Positions 47,297-56,851 of a stretch of 64,000 nt of DNA are shown here, in pieces. How positions within the stretch are numbered: position 1 is the first letter of the stretch; the number at the start of each line of letters is the position of its first letter. The notes under the pieces were generated by a model. That model searched no databases. It saw only the letters and a program-made list of their open reading frames with translations, and was not told the DNA's origin. Source of the stretch: a bacterium. Its GTDB lineage: Bacteria; Babelota; Babeliae; Babelales; UASB340. The position numbers and the translations under genes are program-made. Location: assembly GCA_030629005.1 (NCBI GenBank), contig DAOVPV010000005.1:462-64461 (forward strand). The letters run 5' to 3'.

Positions 47297-47300
47297 AATA

Positions 47301-47951
47301 TCACCAGCTTAGAAAACTAAGACTTTCAATAATAGGGTTAATTAAATTTTCCCACTGATCTTCATTAGAAATACCAACTTCTATAGCCAGAGCTGGAGCA
47401 ATTACCCCAACTAAAGACTTTATTGGTATTCCAAACACACCATAAAAATCAAAATTTTTAATATAGTGTTCCTGTGTTAAATGATTCTTTATGCACCGCC
47501 CATAAAAAAGAGTCTTTTTAATATTAAAAAAGTGAGCTTGCTGAACAGGAATAAATTTTCCCGGACTTACACTTCTTAAAGCAAAATCCACCATAGGATT
47601 ATAAACAAGATTATATAAAAGGATCGTTGGCTTTACAAGTTCATGCCCAAATACATGCAAACTTAAATAAAAATCAACATTAAGCCTACCCGCAAAAGAG
47701 GCATTTTGTAAATATTCAATCTCTTCTCCAGGATATCTAGTCAACACACCGCGTATACCATAATAATCATGCAGCTTCTTCTTTAAAGCACCGGCCATTT
47801 TAAAAGCCACGGTTCTTTCAAAACTATCGCCAATTTTACGACCCGTTTTATTTGCATCACCGGCAGGATCTATCATAACCAATAGTTCTGACCGCAAGCC
47901 TAAAAAACTTATTATTAATAGAAAAAATGTAAACTTACAAAACTTAAACAT
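47301..47951 (-). CDS. Amidase_3 (N-acetylmuramoyl-L-alanine amidase)-like protein with an altered metal site
   Basis: 216 aa; 'LVMIDPAGDANKTG' occupies the place of 'IDPGHGG'; 'ERTVAF', 'LSLHV' and 'PALAIEVGISNE' fit the family. Confidence 0.5.
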   Translation of the reverse strand: MFKFCKFTFFLLIISFLGLRSELLVMIDPAGDANKTGRKIGDSFERTVAFKMAGALKKKLHDYYGIRGVLTRYPGEEIEYLQNASFAGRLNVDFYLSLHVFGHELVKPTILLYNLVYNPMVDFALRSVSPGKFIPVQQAHFFNIKKTLFYGRCIKNHLTQEHYIKNFDFYGVFGIPIKSLVGVIAPALAIEVGISNEDQWENLINPIIESLSFLSW

Positions 47952-48062
47952 ACTGTTACTTTAACGTTTTACCGGCTATATTTTATTATTTTATGTAGTA
48001 ATATAATTTTATTATAATACTATTTTAGAATTATTAAATTATTTAAAAAATTAGGTAGAAAT

Positions 48063-50657
48063 ATGAATTCTATAGAAATAAGAGAAAAATTCTTAAACTA
48101 CTTTAAAAAAAATGGTCACGAAATAGTTCCCAGCTCCTCTTTAATACCAGCCCAAGACCCCACCCTGCTTTTTACAAATGCTGGAATGAATCAATTTAAA
48201 AATGTATTCTTAGGCAACGAAAAGAGATCTTACAAACGTGCTACAAGTATTCAAAAATGCGTCCGCGCTGGTGGCAAACATAACGATTTGGAAGAAGTCG
48301 GCTTTACCAATAGACATTTAACATTCTTTGAAATGATGGGAAACTTCTCTTTTGGAAACTATTTTAAAGAAGAAGCTATTAAATTTGCATGGGAATTTTT
48401 AACAAAAGAAGTAAAAATTTCACCAAAAAATCTAAAAATTACAACTTACAAAGACGATGAGCAAGCATTCGAGATCTGGAATAAAACTATAAATATTCCA
48501 ACAGACAAAATTTATAGACTTGGAAATAAAGACAATTTTTGGCAAATGGGCGACACTGGTCCATGCGGACCGTGCTCGGAAATTCACTTTGATAATGGCA
48601 AAGATGTAGGATGTAAATCTGATGGATGCAATCCATCTTGTTCTTGCGGACGTTTTACAGAAATTTGGAATCTTGTATTTATGCAATTTAACAGACAGGA
48701 GAATGGTAAACTCTTACCATTAAAGCAAACTGGCATAGATACCGGTATGGGCTTTGAACGACTAAGCATGATTTTACAAAAAAAGGACTCCGTATTCCAA
48801 ACAGATATTTTTGCACCATTAATTAAAAAAATAGAAAAGCTAACAAAACTTTCTTACGCAAATAGTGATAAAAATACAAAAGCAGCTTTTCATGTTCTTT
48901 GTGACCACGTAAGATCTAGCTCTCTTTTAATTGCGGACGGATGTCTACCATCTAATGATGGGCGTGGCTATGTCTTACGCAAAATAATTAGACGCGCAGC
49001 ACTTTTTGCACAAAAACTCTCTGATAACCCAAAACTATTTACCAGCTTGTCTAAAGAATTTATTAGTTATTTTTCCTTAATTTATAAAAAATTAAAAGAT
49101 AACGAAAAATTAATTCTCTCTACCCTAGAAGACGAAATTACAAAATTCAGTGAAAACTTAAAATCCGGAAAAATAATTTTAGAAAAATATATAGAAGAAA
49201 ACAAAAAAAATAGTAAAAGTAATCTTTCCGGAGAGCAAGTGTTTAAGCTATACGACACTTACGGTTTTCCTCCTGAACTAACCAAAGTAATAGCAAACGA
49301 GCAAAACTTTACACTGGATATGCCAGGCTTTAATAAAGAAATGGAAAAACAGAAAGAACAGTCTGGCAAAAAAGCAAAAGGTAAAAACGCAACACTAGAT
49401 ATTCCAGAAAATATTAATACTAAATTTGTTGGCTACGACAAACTTGAAATAGAAACCGAAATAAACTTTATACTAAAAGAAAATAACGTTAGTTGGATTG
49501 TGACAAATAAATCCCCATTCTACGTTGAATCTGGTGGACAAATAAGTGACAAAGGCTGGATAAATATAAATGACACTGTTTTTGAAATAGAAAATTTTTA
49601 CAAATCTGATAATAGCAATAATCCAGCAATTACTGTTAAAATTAAAAATACTAATATTAAAGTTGGTGATAAAGTTAAATGTATCGTCGACTATTATTCC
49701 AGAACAAACACAACCAAAAATCATACCGCGACACATTTATTACAAGCAGCTTTAGTTCAAGTTTTAGGCAAACATATTCAACAAGCAGGATCTTTTGTAA
49801 ATAGTGAATTTTTGCGTTTCGATTATACAAGCAACCATGCCCTTAAACCAGAAGATACAGAAAAAATAGAAAATATTGTAAACCAAAAAATACAAGCAAA
49901 TATCAACTTAAATATTTTCTACACAACTTTACAAGAAGCGAAAGATGCCGGAGTTACCGCCCTTTTTGGTGAAAAATACAATGCAGATCAAGTCCGTGTT
50001 ATACAAATTCCTGGATTTTCTTCAGAACTTTGCGGAGGAACTCATGTCAAAAGCACAGGCGACATTGGTCTGTTTAAAATAGAAAGCGACATCGCCCTTT
50101 CTTCTGGCGTAAGACGGATTACAGGTATTACCGGACCTAAAGCTATAGAAGTTTTTCAGAATAGTTTTAATACAATAAAAACTTTAGTAGAAAAATTTAA
50201 AGTGAAACCTGAACAAGTTTTAACTGCAGTCGAAAAACAAACTGAAAATATTTCTGATCTAAATTCTCAAATCAAACAACTAAAAAAACAACTTGCCAAA
50301 TCTCAAATTCCAGCATGGCAAAGTCAAGTGCAGCAAGTTGGCAAAGTCCCATTCTTACTCTTAGAACTTCAAGATTTTGATAGTTCCCAAATTAAAGATA
50401 TTTGCGAAAGTATAGAAACAAAATCTCCTGGCTTTTATTTTATAATAAATACAAATTCAAAAACACCAGACAATATCTCATTTTTTGGCTACGTTAGCAA
50501 AAACTTTGCACCACAAGTTAACTTAAAAGAATTTAGCAAATTATTACGAAAAAAATTTGATCTTAAAGGTGGTGGAAGCAACACTTTAATTCAAGGTGGT
50601 GGTAAACAGCCAAAGAATTTAAAAGAAGAAATTATTAAATGGCTTAAAGCTTTATAA
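48063..50657 (+). CDS. alaS: Alanine--tRNA ligase
   Basis: 864 aa; 'FTNAGMNQFK', 'TFFEMMGNFSFGNYFK', editing-domain 'HTATHLL' and 'CGGTHV'. Confidence 0.97.
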   Translation: MNSIEIREKFLNYFKKNGHEIVPSSSLIPAQDPTLLFTNAGMNQFKNVFLGNEKRSYKRATSIQKCVRAGGKHNDLEEVGFTNRHLTFFEMMGNFSFGNYFKEEAIKFAWEFLTKEVKISPKNLKITTYKDDEQAFEIWNKTINIPTDKIYRLGNKDNFWQMGDTGPCGPCSEIHFDNGKDVGCKSDGCNPSCSCGRFTEIWNLVFMQFNRQENGKLLPLKQTGIDTGMGFERLSMILQKKDSVFQTDIFAPLIKKIEKLTKLSYANSDKNTKAAFHVLCDHVRSSSLLIADGCLPSNDGRGYVLRKIIRRAALFAQKLSDNPKLFTSLSKEFISYFSLIYKKLKDNEKLILSTLEDEITKFSENLKSGKIILEKYIEENKKNSKSNLSGEQVFKLYDTYGFPPELTKVIANEQNFTLDMPGFNKEMEKQKEQSGKKAKGKNATLDIPENINTKFVGYDKLEIETEINFILKENNVSWIVTNKSPFYVESGGQISDKGWININDTVFEIENFYKSDNSNNPAITVKIKNTNIKVGDKVKCIVDYYSRTNTTKNHTATHLLQAALVQVLGKHIQQAGSFVNSEFLRFDYTSNHALKPEDTEKIENIVNQKIQANINLNIFYTTLQEAKDAGVTALFGEKYNADQVRVIQIPGFSSELCGGTHVKSTGDIGLFKIESDIALSSGVRRITGITGPKAIEVFQNSFNTIKTLVEKFKVKPEQVLTAVEKQTENISDLNSQIKQLKKQLAKSQIPAWQSQVQQVGKVPFLLLELQDFDSSQIKDICESIETKSPGFYFIINTNSKTPDNISFFGYVSKNFAPQVNLKEFSKLLRKKFDLKGGGSNTLIQGGGKQPKNLKEEIIKWLKAL

Positions 50658-50807
50658 ATGAATAGCCTCAAAAATTTGCACTGCTATCAACTTAAGAATG
50701 CAATTGAGGCACTTAATATTCCCTACGATGTAGATGTCGTTGACTTTAATAATATTCCTGAAGCTTTAAAAGCAGAAATAGAAAGAATTAAAGTATTATG
50801 GAAATAA
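50658..50807 (+). pseudogene. C-terminal remnant of a minimal nucleotidyltransferase (MNT / Pol-beta superfamily)
   Basis: 49-codon ORF 'MNSLKNLHCYQLKNAIEALNIPYDVDVVDFNNIPEALKAEIERIKVLWK' resembles the C-terminal third of ~100-aa MNT proteins; the catalytic GSxxxG...DxD part is missing. Confidence 0.5.
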
Positions 50808-51319
50808 AAAAAGAAAAAAGACTCTTCGATTTTTTTGATAAAAATAATATTAAATACACGTTATATAAACACCAACCAGTATTTACTGTAGAAGATATCC
50901 CTGTTATAACAGAACCAAAAGGTATAACGGCAATACCAGGAACTCATTCAAAAAATCTTTTTCTAAAAGATAAAAGGGATGGAAACTATTTTCTTGTAAG
51001 CGTTACGCAAAATAAACGCGTTGATTTAAAAGAACTAAGCAACACCCTTGGCACAGGCCGATTTTCTTTTGGCAAACCGCAAGCTATGCAAGATTTTCTA
51101 AATCTCGAACCCGGTTCTGTAACTCCGTTTGGTTTAATCTTTGATGAAAATAAAAAAGTAACATTTGTTTTAGATAAAGATTTTTTAGATGTTGATTTTA
51201 TCAACTTTCATCCATTAAGAAATGATATGAATGTTGGCTTAACGCCAGAAATGTTTTTACTGTGTATGGAGAAACTTGGACATAAGCCAAGAGTTATAGA
51301 AATTCCAATTAAAATATAA
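50798..51319 (+). CDS. YbaK/ProX-type aminoacyl-tRNA trans-editing deacylase
   Basis: 173 aa; 'HSKNLFLKDKRDGNYFLVSV...KRVDLKELS...LEPGSVTPFGLI' matches the YbaK/ProX domain. Confidence 0.75.
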   Translation: MEIKKEKRLFDFFDKNNIKYTLYKHQPVFTVEDIPVITEPKGITAIPGTHSKNLFLKDKRDGNYFLVSVTQNKRVDLKELSNTLGTGRFSFGKPQAMQDFLNLEPGSVTPFGLIFDENKKVTFVLDKDFLDVDFINFHPLRNDMNVGLTPEMFLLCMEKLGHKPRVIEIPIKI

Positions 51320-51344
51320 AGTATTTTTTTTAAAGCAAAACCTT

Positions 51345-51550
51345 TCATGCTCGAGCATAAATCAATTCTCCATCTTTTTTTATTTTATATCCAAACGTTG
51401 TAACATTATTTGAAATACGATCAAATTCTTCTTCAGATAGATTGCTATTGGATTATATGTTTTTACTAGTCTATTTTTTACTTCTTCTATGGTTGCTTTA
51501 TCTATCATAACTTTTCCATATAACTTTTTTTTAAAATTATTATTGTTCAT
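51345..51550 (-). pseudogene. Frameshifted and internally deleted minimal nucleotidyltransferase gene
   Basis: Frame 1 'MNNNNFKKKLYGKVMIDKATIEEVKNRLVKTYNPIAIYL' (MNT N-terminus up to where 'FGS' is expected); a second frame gives 'LSEEEFDRISNNVTTFGYKIKKDGELIYARA*' (MNT C-terminus); catalytic core missing. Confidence 0.55.
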
Positions 51551-51682
51551 TTTTTTAAATTATATCAGAAGATTTATCTCAATTCCATATTTTTACTATC
51601 TAAGATGAATTAATAGAGCAATATTTTATTGAAATATAAAGTTTTTGTAAAAAATAATTAATAATTTATAATAGGTTTAATT

Positions 51683-53125
51683 TTAACCTTTAATCACAAC
51701 GCAAGGTCTAAGTTTAGCAATCTTTTTTGCAATACCTATAGAATCAACAACCCTAATTACCTCATCAATATCTTTGTAAGCTATTGGAGCTTCTTCGGCA
51801 AGTCCCGGTACTGAGCCGGCTTGAATAAAGATTCCTCTTTCCCTTAACTCATCACGCAAGGCTTTGCCATGAACTTCTCTTTTTGCAGCTTTACGAGACA
51901 TTCTTCTGCCTGCACCGTGGCAAGTTGATCCTAAAGAAATTTCCATTGCTTTTTGAGTTCCAGCTAAAACATAAGAGGCTGTTCCCATACTTCCCGGAAT
52001 TAATACAGGTTGCCCTGCAGATTGATAATCTTGAGGAATTTCAGGATGATTTGGAGGGAATGCTCTGGTTGCACCCTTTCTGTGTACAATCACTGATTGT
52101 TTTTCACCTTCAATTTGATATTCTTCAATTTTTGCAATGTTATGTGCAACGTCGTAAAGTAAAGAAAGTTCATTGCCTTTTCCAAACTCTTTTTCCCATG
52201 CCTGACGCATAAGATGTGTAATCATTTGTCTATTTGCCCATGCAAAGTTCGCCCCTGCAGCCATGGCATTAAAATAATTTTGACCTTCTGGGCTATTAAA
52301 TGGAACACACGCAAGTTCTCTATCCGGTATCTTTATCCCATAGTTTGGCATAACATTCATCATAATTTTTATATGATCAGTTGCAATTTGATGTCCTAAG
52401 CCTCTTGAGCCTGTATGAATTAAAACGGTCACTTGATTTTTGAAAAGACCAAATGTTTTGGCTATTTCTTCATCATAAATTTCTTCAATAAAATCAACTT
52501 CCACAAAATGATTGCCCGCACCTAATGTTCCTAATTGATCAAGACCTCTTTTTTTTGCATGATCAGAGATAATCGTTGGATCTGCATTGTCTAATTTACC
52601 ATTTGATTCAATGTGATTAATATCATCTTGAGTTGCATAATTATTTTCAAGCATCCAATTAGCACCATCTTTTAAAACCTTATCTAATTCATTTTTATCT
52701 AGTTTTAACTTTCCGCCCCTACCAACTCCAGATGGAATATAATGATAAATTTCTCGAGAAAGAGATTCTAAATTATTTTTTATTTCATTAAATGTAAATT
52801 TGGATTTTAAAAGACGAACTCCACAATTGATGTCGTAACCAATCCCGCCCGGTGAAATTACACCATCAGGTATTTTTGTTGCCGCCACACCCCCAATTGG
52901 AAATCCATAGCCTTCGTGAGCATCTGGCATAACAAGTGCAGGGCCAACAATTCCTTTTAAGGTTGAAACGTTTATTAATTGTTCCAGTGATCTATCAGAA
53001 AAAACTTCATCAAGCATTTTTTCTGAAGCAAAAATTCTTACGGGTACATTCATATCAGATCTGTAGCTTTTAGGAATTTCCCAAATAAAATCTGATATTT
53101 TTTTTAAATCTTCTTTTACTACCAT
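51683..53125 (-). CDS. rtcB: RNA 3'-phosphate ligase RtcB
   Basis: 'GGIGYDINCGVR', 'HTGSRGLGHQ', 'GSMGTASYVL', 'CHGAGR'; AGGA RBS before the ATG at 53125 (ORF track extends to 53152). Confidence 0.93.
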   Translation of the reverse strand: MVVKEDLKKISDFIWEIPKSYRSDMNVPVRIFASEKMLDEVFSDRSLEQLINVSTLKGIVGPALVMPDAHEGYGFPIGGVAATKIPDGVISPGGIGYDINCGVRLLKSKFTFNEIKNNLESLSREIYHYIPSGVGRGGKLKLDKNELDKVLKDGANWMLENNYATQDDINHIESNGKLDNADPTIISDHAKKRGLDQLGTLGAGNHFVEVDFIEEIYDEEIAKTFGLFKNQVTVLIHTGSRGLGHQIATDHIKIMMNVMPNYGIKIPDRELACVPFNSPEGQNYFNAMAAGANFAWANRQMITHLMRQAWEKEFGKGNELSLLYDVAHNIAKIEEYQIEGEKQSVIVHRKGATRAFPPNHPEIPQDYQSAGQPVLIPGSMGTASYVLAGTQKAMEISLGSTCHGAGRRMSRKAAKREVHGKALRDELRERGIFIQAGSVPGLAEEAPIAYKDIDEVIRVVDSIGIAKKIAKLRPCVVIKG

Positions 53126-53141
53126 TTTAAATCCTTTGTTT

Positions 53142-53555
53142 TTAAATATCAAAAATTATATTTGTTTGTAGTACTCCACCTTCTTTTTTGATCTCGGCTT
53201 CGTGGTATGTTACTGCTTTTATGTCTTCATCAAATTTATCGACTCTTTTACCGTAAATAGTACATTCTAGAAAGTTTTCAGATAGATTTTTAAAATCTAC
53301 ATTGCAATAGACGGCTTTGTTTATTTGACTTTGAGTTAATACTTCAGATAAAAAATCAATTAAGAGTGTTGTGCTATCTGCACTTTTAATTTTAACATTC
53401 TCTTTTTCTTCAAATTTATCTGTTTGTTTACATAGATCCTTTTTTAAAAGTTGAGCCATTCCGTCAAGTGATACTTTAAATAATTCTTCTGGCGTGTCAG
53501 CTTTAACTAATAATCTGACGTCTGCAGTATGTGGGTGAAATTCATAAGATTTCAT
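53142..53555 (-). CDS. Archease (RtcB activator)
   Basis: 137 aa; 'YEFHPHTADVRL' and 'IKAVTYHEAEIKKE' match archease N- and C-terminal signatures; directly upstream of rtcB. Confidence 0.75.
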   Translation of the reverse strand: MKSYEFHPHTADVRLLVKADTPEELFKVSLDGMAQLLKKDLCKQTDKFEEKENVKIKSADSTTLLIDFLSEVLTQSQINKAVYCNVDFKNLSENFLECTIYGKRVDKFDEDIKAVTYHEAEIKKEGGVLQTNIIFDI

Positions 53556-53872
53556 TATTTACCTTTTTTATCTAAGAGGGAATGTTGTTACTGTTGTGTA
53601 ATTGGATCCACTTTTATTTAGTCCTGATTTTATCAGTATACAATAATCTACAAGTATATTTGAAATATTTGGTTGTTTGATTTGTAATTTTTCGTAATCT
53701 AAGGGTTTTTTACTTCTTGCCAAGGTTATATTTGGAAACAAATTAATGAATATTTATAAATTTTCTGTTTATATATTTGTAACAAGAAAATAATTGTCTT
53801 TTATTAATTTTGTTATATTATAACCAGGATGAAGTTTGCAGTAATTATTTACTATAGATACTGTATATTCTG

Positions 53873-55201
53873 TCAATCTGCATATTCTGTCTGTTTGGAC
53901 AAGTGAAAACGTTTAATTAATTTGTAAATTTTATTGAAAGTTTTAGCGGTAGCATTGGCTGGTGCTTTGGCAAAAGTTTCACCAGAAGTTTCAGCGAGAG
54001 TTTTGGTTATAGTATCAATGAAATTTTCATGGGAATCGTCGGCTGAACTTTCATAATAAGAAAATTCACCGGAAGTTTCATCTGAACCTTCATAATAACA
54101 AGAAGATTCATCGGAAGCTTCAGCGGCAACATCATAGGAAGTTTTTGATTTTTTTGCAAGTTCTAATGCAGAAAGGCCATCAACGTTTTTGATTAAGTAA
54201 TTAGCACCTGCTTCAACCAGCATTTTTACAAATTCATAATTACCTAATTTAATTGCTAAATGAAGAGGTGTGTCACCGTTTCTATTAAGAATGTTAAGAT
54301 TGCAATGTTTACAAAAAATTTCCATTGCATAGAAAACATTTCGGCAAGTAGCTTCGTGTATTGCTGTATTGCCGTTTATTTTGCACTGAATTGTATAATC
54401 TGCTCCATCATAAAGTAAATTTGCCAAAAAGATTTTATAAAAGATTTTTTTCATGTATTCTCTTGTATTAGTTGTCATGGATATTTTTGTACCATGATTT
54501 TCTAGTAAAAATTCGTCTGCTACTTTTATTCCATATGGACTATTTATTACAAAATAATGTAGTATTGACAAATTAATTTCTTTTATTTCAAAAACGATAT
54601 TAGGAGTTCCTTCTTTTTTAATTTCTTCTAAAATTCTACCATAGTCACCTTCTTGTAATAAATCACTATATTCAAAAAAAGATTTTTCTGCTATTGTATT
54701 GCTAATGCGATATGGATTTATGATATTAGGATTAGGTACATTTATGGAACTGTGGCGCAGAAAAAAAGATACTAATGGTTTATAAGTAATTTGCTCTTCC
54801 ATAACACTAATATCTATACTCCATTCAATATGTGTGTTTTTTTCTAAAATTATTTTATATAAATCTGCTATGTTAATTTTTATAAAACAGCCATGTTCTA
54901 TGTTTAAAATAACAAAATCTTGATATATTTCAGATTCAATTATTTCTCCATAAATATTAAATTCGTATATTTTTTCTTTATCTTCACCGAAATAATATTC
55001 TCCTTTAAAATAATATTCGCCTAGAGTTTTTCCTGTTGGTTCTTCTGTTATATCCATAAATGATATTTCTTTTGATTTTAGTAATGAAGAAATGATGTCT
55101 ATTCTAGAAACACCTTCACATGTTGTTTTTTGCATAGAAAAAGCATAGCCTGTGAAAAAAATTAACTTACACAGAAATATTGATTTAAAAAGATTTTTCA
55201 T
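53873..55201 (-). CDS. Leader-bearing ankyrin-repeat protein with an acidic Ser/Glu/Tyr-rich repetitive tail
   Basis: 442 aa; 'NGNTAIHEA', 'NRNGDTPLHLAIKLGNYEFVKMLVEAGANYLIKNVDGLSALELA'; tail 'SDESSCYYEGSDETSGEFSYYESSADDS'. Confidence 0.85.
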   Translation of the reverse strand: MKNLFKSIFLCKLIFFTGYAFSMQKTTCEGVSRIDIISSLLKSKEISFMDITEEPTGKTLGEYYFKGEYYFGEDKEKIYEFNIYGEIIESEIYQDFVILNIEHGCFIKINIADLYKIILEKNTHIEWSIDISVMEEQITYKPLVSFFLRHSSINVPNPNIINPYRISNTIAEKSFFEYSDLLQEGDYGRILEEIKKEGTPNIVFEIKEINLSILHYFVINSPYGIKVADEFLLENHGTKISMTTNTREYMKKIFYKIFLANLLYDGADYTIQCKINGNTAIHEATCRNVFYAMEIFCKHCNLNILNRNGDTPLHLAIKLGNYEFVKMLVEAGANYLIKNVDGLSALELAKKSKTSYDVAAEASDESSCYYEGSDETSGEFSYYESSADDSHENFIDTITKTLAETSGETFAKAPANATAKTFNKIYKLIKRFHLSKQTEYAD

Positions 55202-55572
55202 AATTTTATCCTTCAGTTTTATAGTTTTAGTGTCTAATTTTATAATGACTTATTTAAAATAAAATAACTTTAGTTTAATTTTTACTTTAGATTAATTTTT
55301 AATATATAATTTCAAATAGTATATCAATTTGAAGTGGTGTAAATAGCCTACTCTAAAAAGGGCTTAAATTGTTGAATTTTTGCAAGAACCGGAGAAAAAA
55401 TAACAAAAAGATTTTTTGATACAATAAATGAATAGTACTCTATAACAAACAATGAACTTAAAAATGACTCTGTAGTCTATACTGGTGAACTTTCTATGGT
55501 TGTAAAAAATGGAAAATACGTATCTTGGATTGATAGTTCTAAAATTATAGAAAATTTAAACAAATAAATTCC

Positions 55573-55730
55573 TAACTCAAATTTTCACGATTTTTCTTAG
55601 AATTTTGAATCGCAAAAAAATGCTCTGGTCTTTTTAATCGCATATAATAATTAAGCTTGCCCTCAGCTCTTTGTGTAGAAATACCAAACTTACGCAAAAC
55701 TAAACGTTCGGTTTCTATAATTTTTTTCAT
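55573..55730 (-). CDS. Small ORF (51 aa) overlapping the stop of the upstream ATPase gene
   Basis: ATGA start/stop overlap with ORF 55727-56851; 'MKKIIETERLVLRKF...'; no confident homology. Confidence 0.3.
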
Positions 55731-56851
55731 TTTAAATTTTTAAGTCCCATCGCAGTAACTTTTTCATGTAGTAAAAATTTTTGATTGTGTGGATAAATAA
55801 CATAAAGATGATCGAGATTTAAATTGTTTAAAGCAATATGCATAGACTTAGTTAATTTTGGAGCATCCGTATATTTAAACTCAAAACCAATTCTTTTCCC
55901 ATCCTTTATTATTAATAAATCAAGCTCGGCCCCATCTTGTGTTCCCCAAAAATAACATTCATCTGTCTGTGCATGATGATATTTAATAATTTCTTCTAAG
56001 GCAAAGCCTTCCCAGGATGCTCCTAATTTTGGATAAGTAAAAATATCATCATAATTTTTTAAGTTAAATAAAGAATGTAATATTCCACTATCGCGAATAT
56101 AAATTTTAGGTAATTTTACCTGTCTTTTACTTATGTTTTCAAACCATGGCTGCAATACGCGTATCATAAAAGTTCCAGCTAAAATATCTATATATTTTTT
56201 TACAGTATGATTTGTTAACCCCAAAGATTTACTCAATTCAGAAATATTAAGTTTATTGCCATGATAATGAGAAAGCATCATCCAGAAACGCCTCATTTGT
56301 AATGCTGGAACATTAAATCCCAAATTAGGAATATCTCTTTCTAAAAATGTTGAAATATAAGATTGTCTCCACGCAAAACTTTCATCATCTGATTTTGCTA
56401 AATAAGAACGTGGAAATCCTCCTCTAATCCATAGTTTTTTTTGTTCATTTGTTTCAAATAATCCAAATGGAGGAAGCTCTATATAACCAATTCTACCTGC
56501 AAGAGTTTCTGACGATTGTTGTAATAAATCTCTTGATGCACTACCTAAGATTAAAAATTTACGAGGTCTTTCATCAACTAAAACTCGCAATACTTTGAAT
56601 AACTCTGGTAAAAATTGAACTTCATCAATAACAATTAAATCTGCTTTACTATCTTTTAAAGCAAGCATAGGATTCTCTAGCTTTGCTAAATCCAAAGGAT
56701 TTTCTAAATCAAAAAATTCTACATTTGAAAATTTATTAGCATATTGCCTGGCTAAAGTTGTTTTACCAACCTGCCTCGGTCCCAATATCCCGCAAACAGA
56801 GTGTATTTTATATTGAAAATCTATTTTTTCTAAAAAATATAATCTTTTCAT
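55727..56851 (-). CDS. AAA-type ATPase with DUF4143-like C-terminal domain
   Basis: 374 aa; Walker A 'GPRQVGKTTL', Walker B 'LIVIDEVQ'; C-terminal half typical of the AAA_14/DUF4143 family. Confidence 0.75.
   Translation of the reverse strand: MKRLYFLEKIDFQYKIHSVCGILGPRQVGKTTLARQYANKFSNVEFFDLENPLDLAKLENPMLALKDSKADLIVIDEVQFLPELFKVLRVLVDERPRKFLILGSASRDLLQQSSETLAGRIGYIELPPFGLFETNEQKKLWIRGGFPRSYLAKSDDESFAWRQSYISTFLERDIPNLGFNVPALQMRRFWMMLSHYHGNKLNISELSKSLGLTNHTVKKYIDILAGTFMIRVLQPWFENISKRQVKLPKIYIRDSGILHSLFNLKNYDDIFTYPKLGASWEGFALEEIIKYHHAQTDECYFWGTQDGAELDLLIIKDGKRIGFEFKYTDAPKLTKSMHIALNNLNLDHLYVIYPHNQKFLLHEKVTAMGLKNLK

Noticed and set aside
53126-53152. N-terminal extension of rtcB ('MIFKNKGFK') that would overlap the archease gene.
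   Set aside because: The internal ATG at 53125 has an AGGA RBS at proper spacing and gives an N-terminus of typical RtcB length. The extension would need a start without an RBS inside the archease coding region.
55440-55567. Plus-strand open stretch translating to '...ELKNDSVVYTGELSMVVKNGKYVSWIDSSKIIENLNK*'.
   Set aside because: It has no start codon or RBS in frame (an in-frame stop lies just upstream), is about 40 codons long, and has no recognisable family. It may be a gene remnant but cannot be supported.
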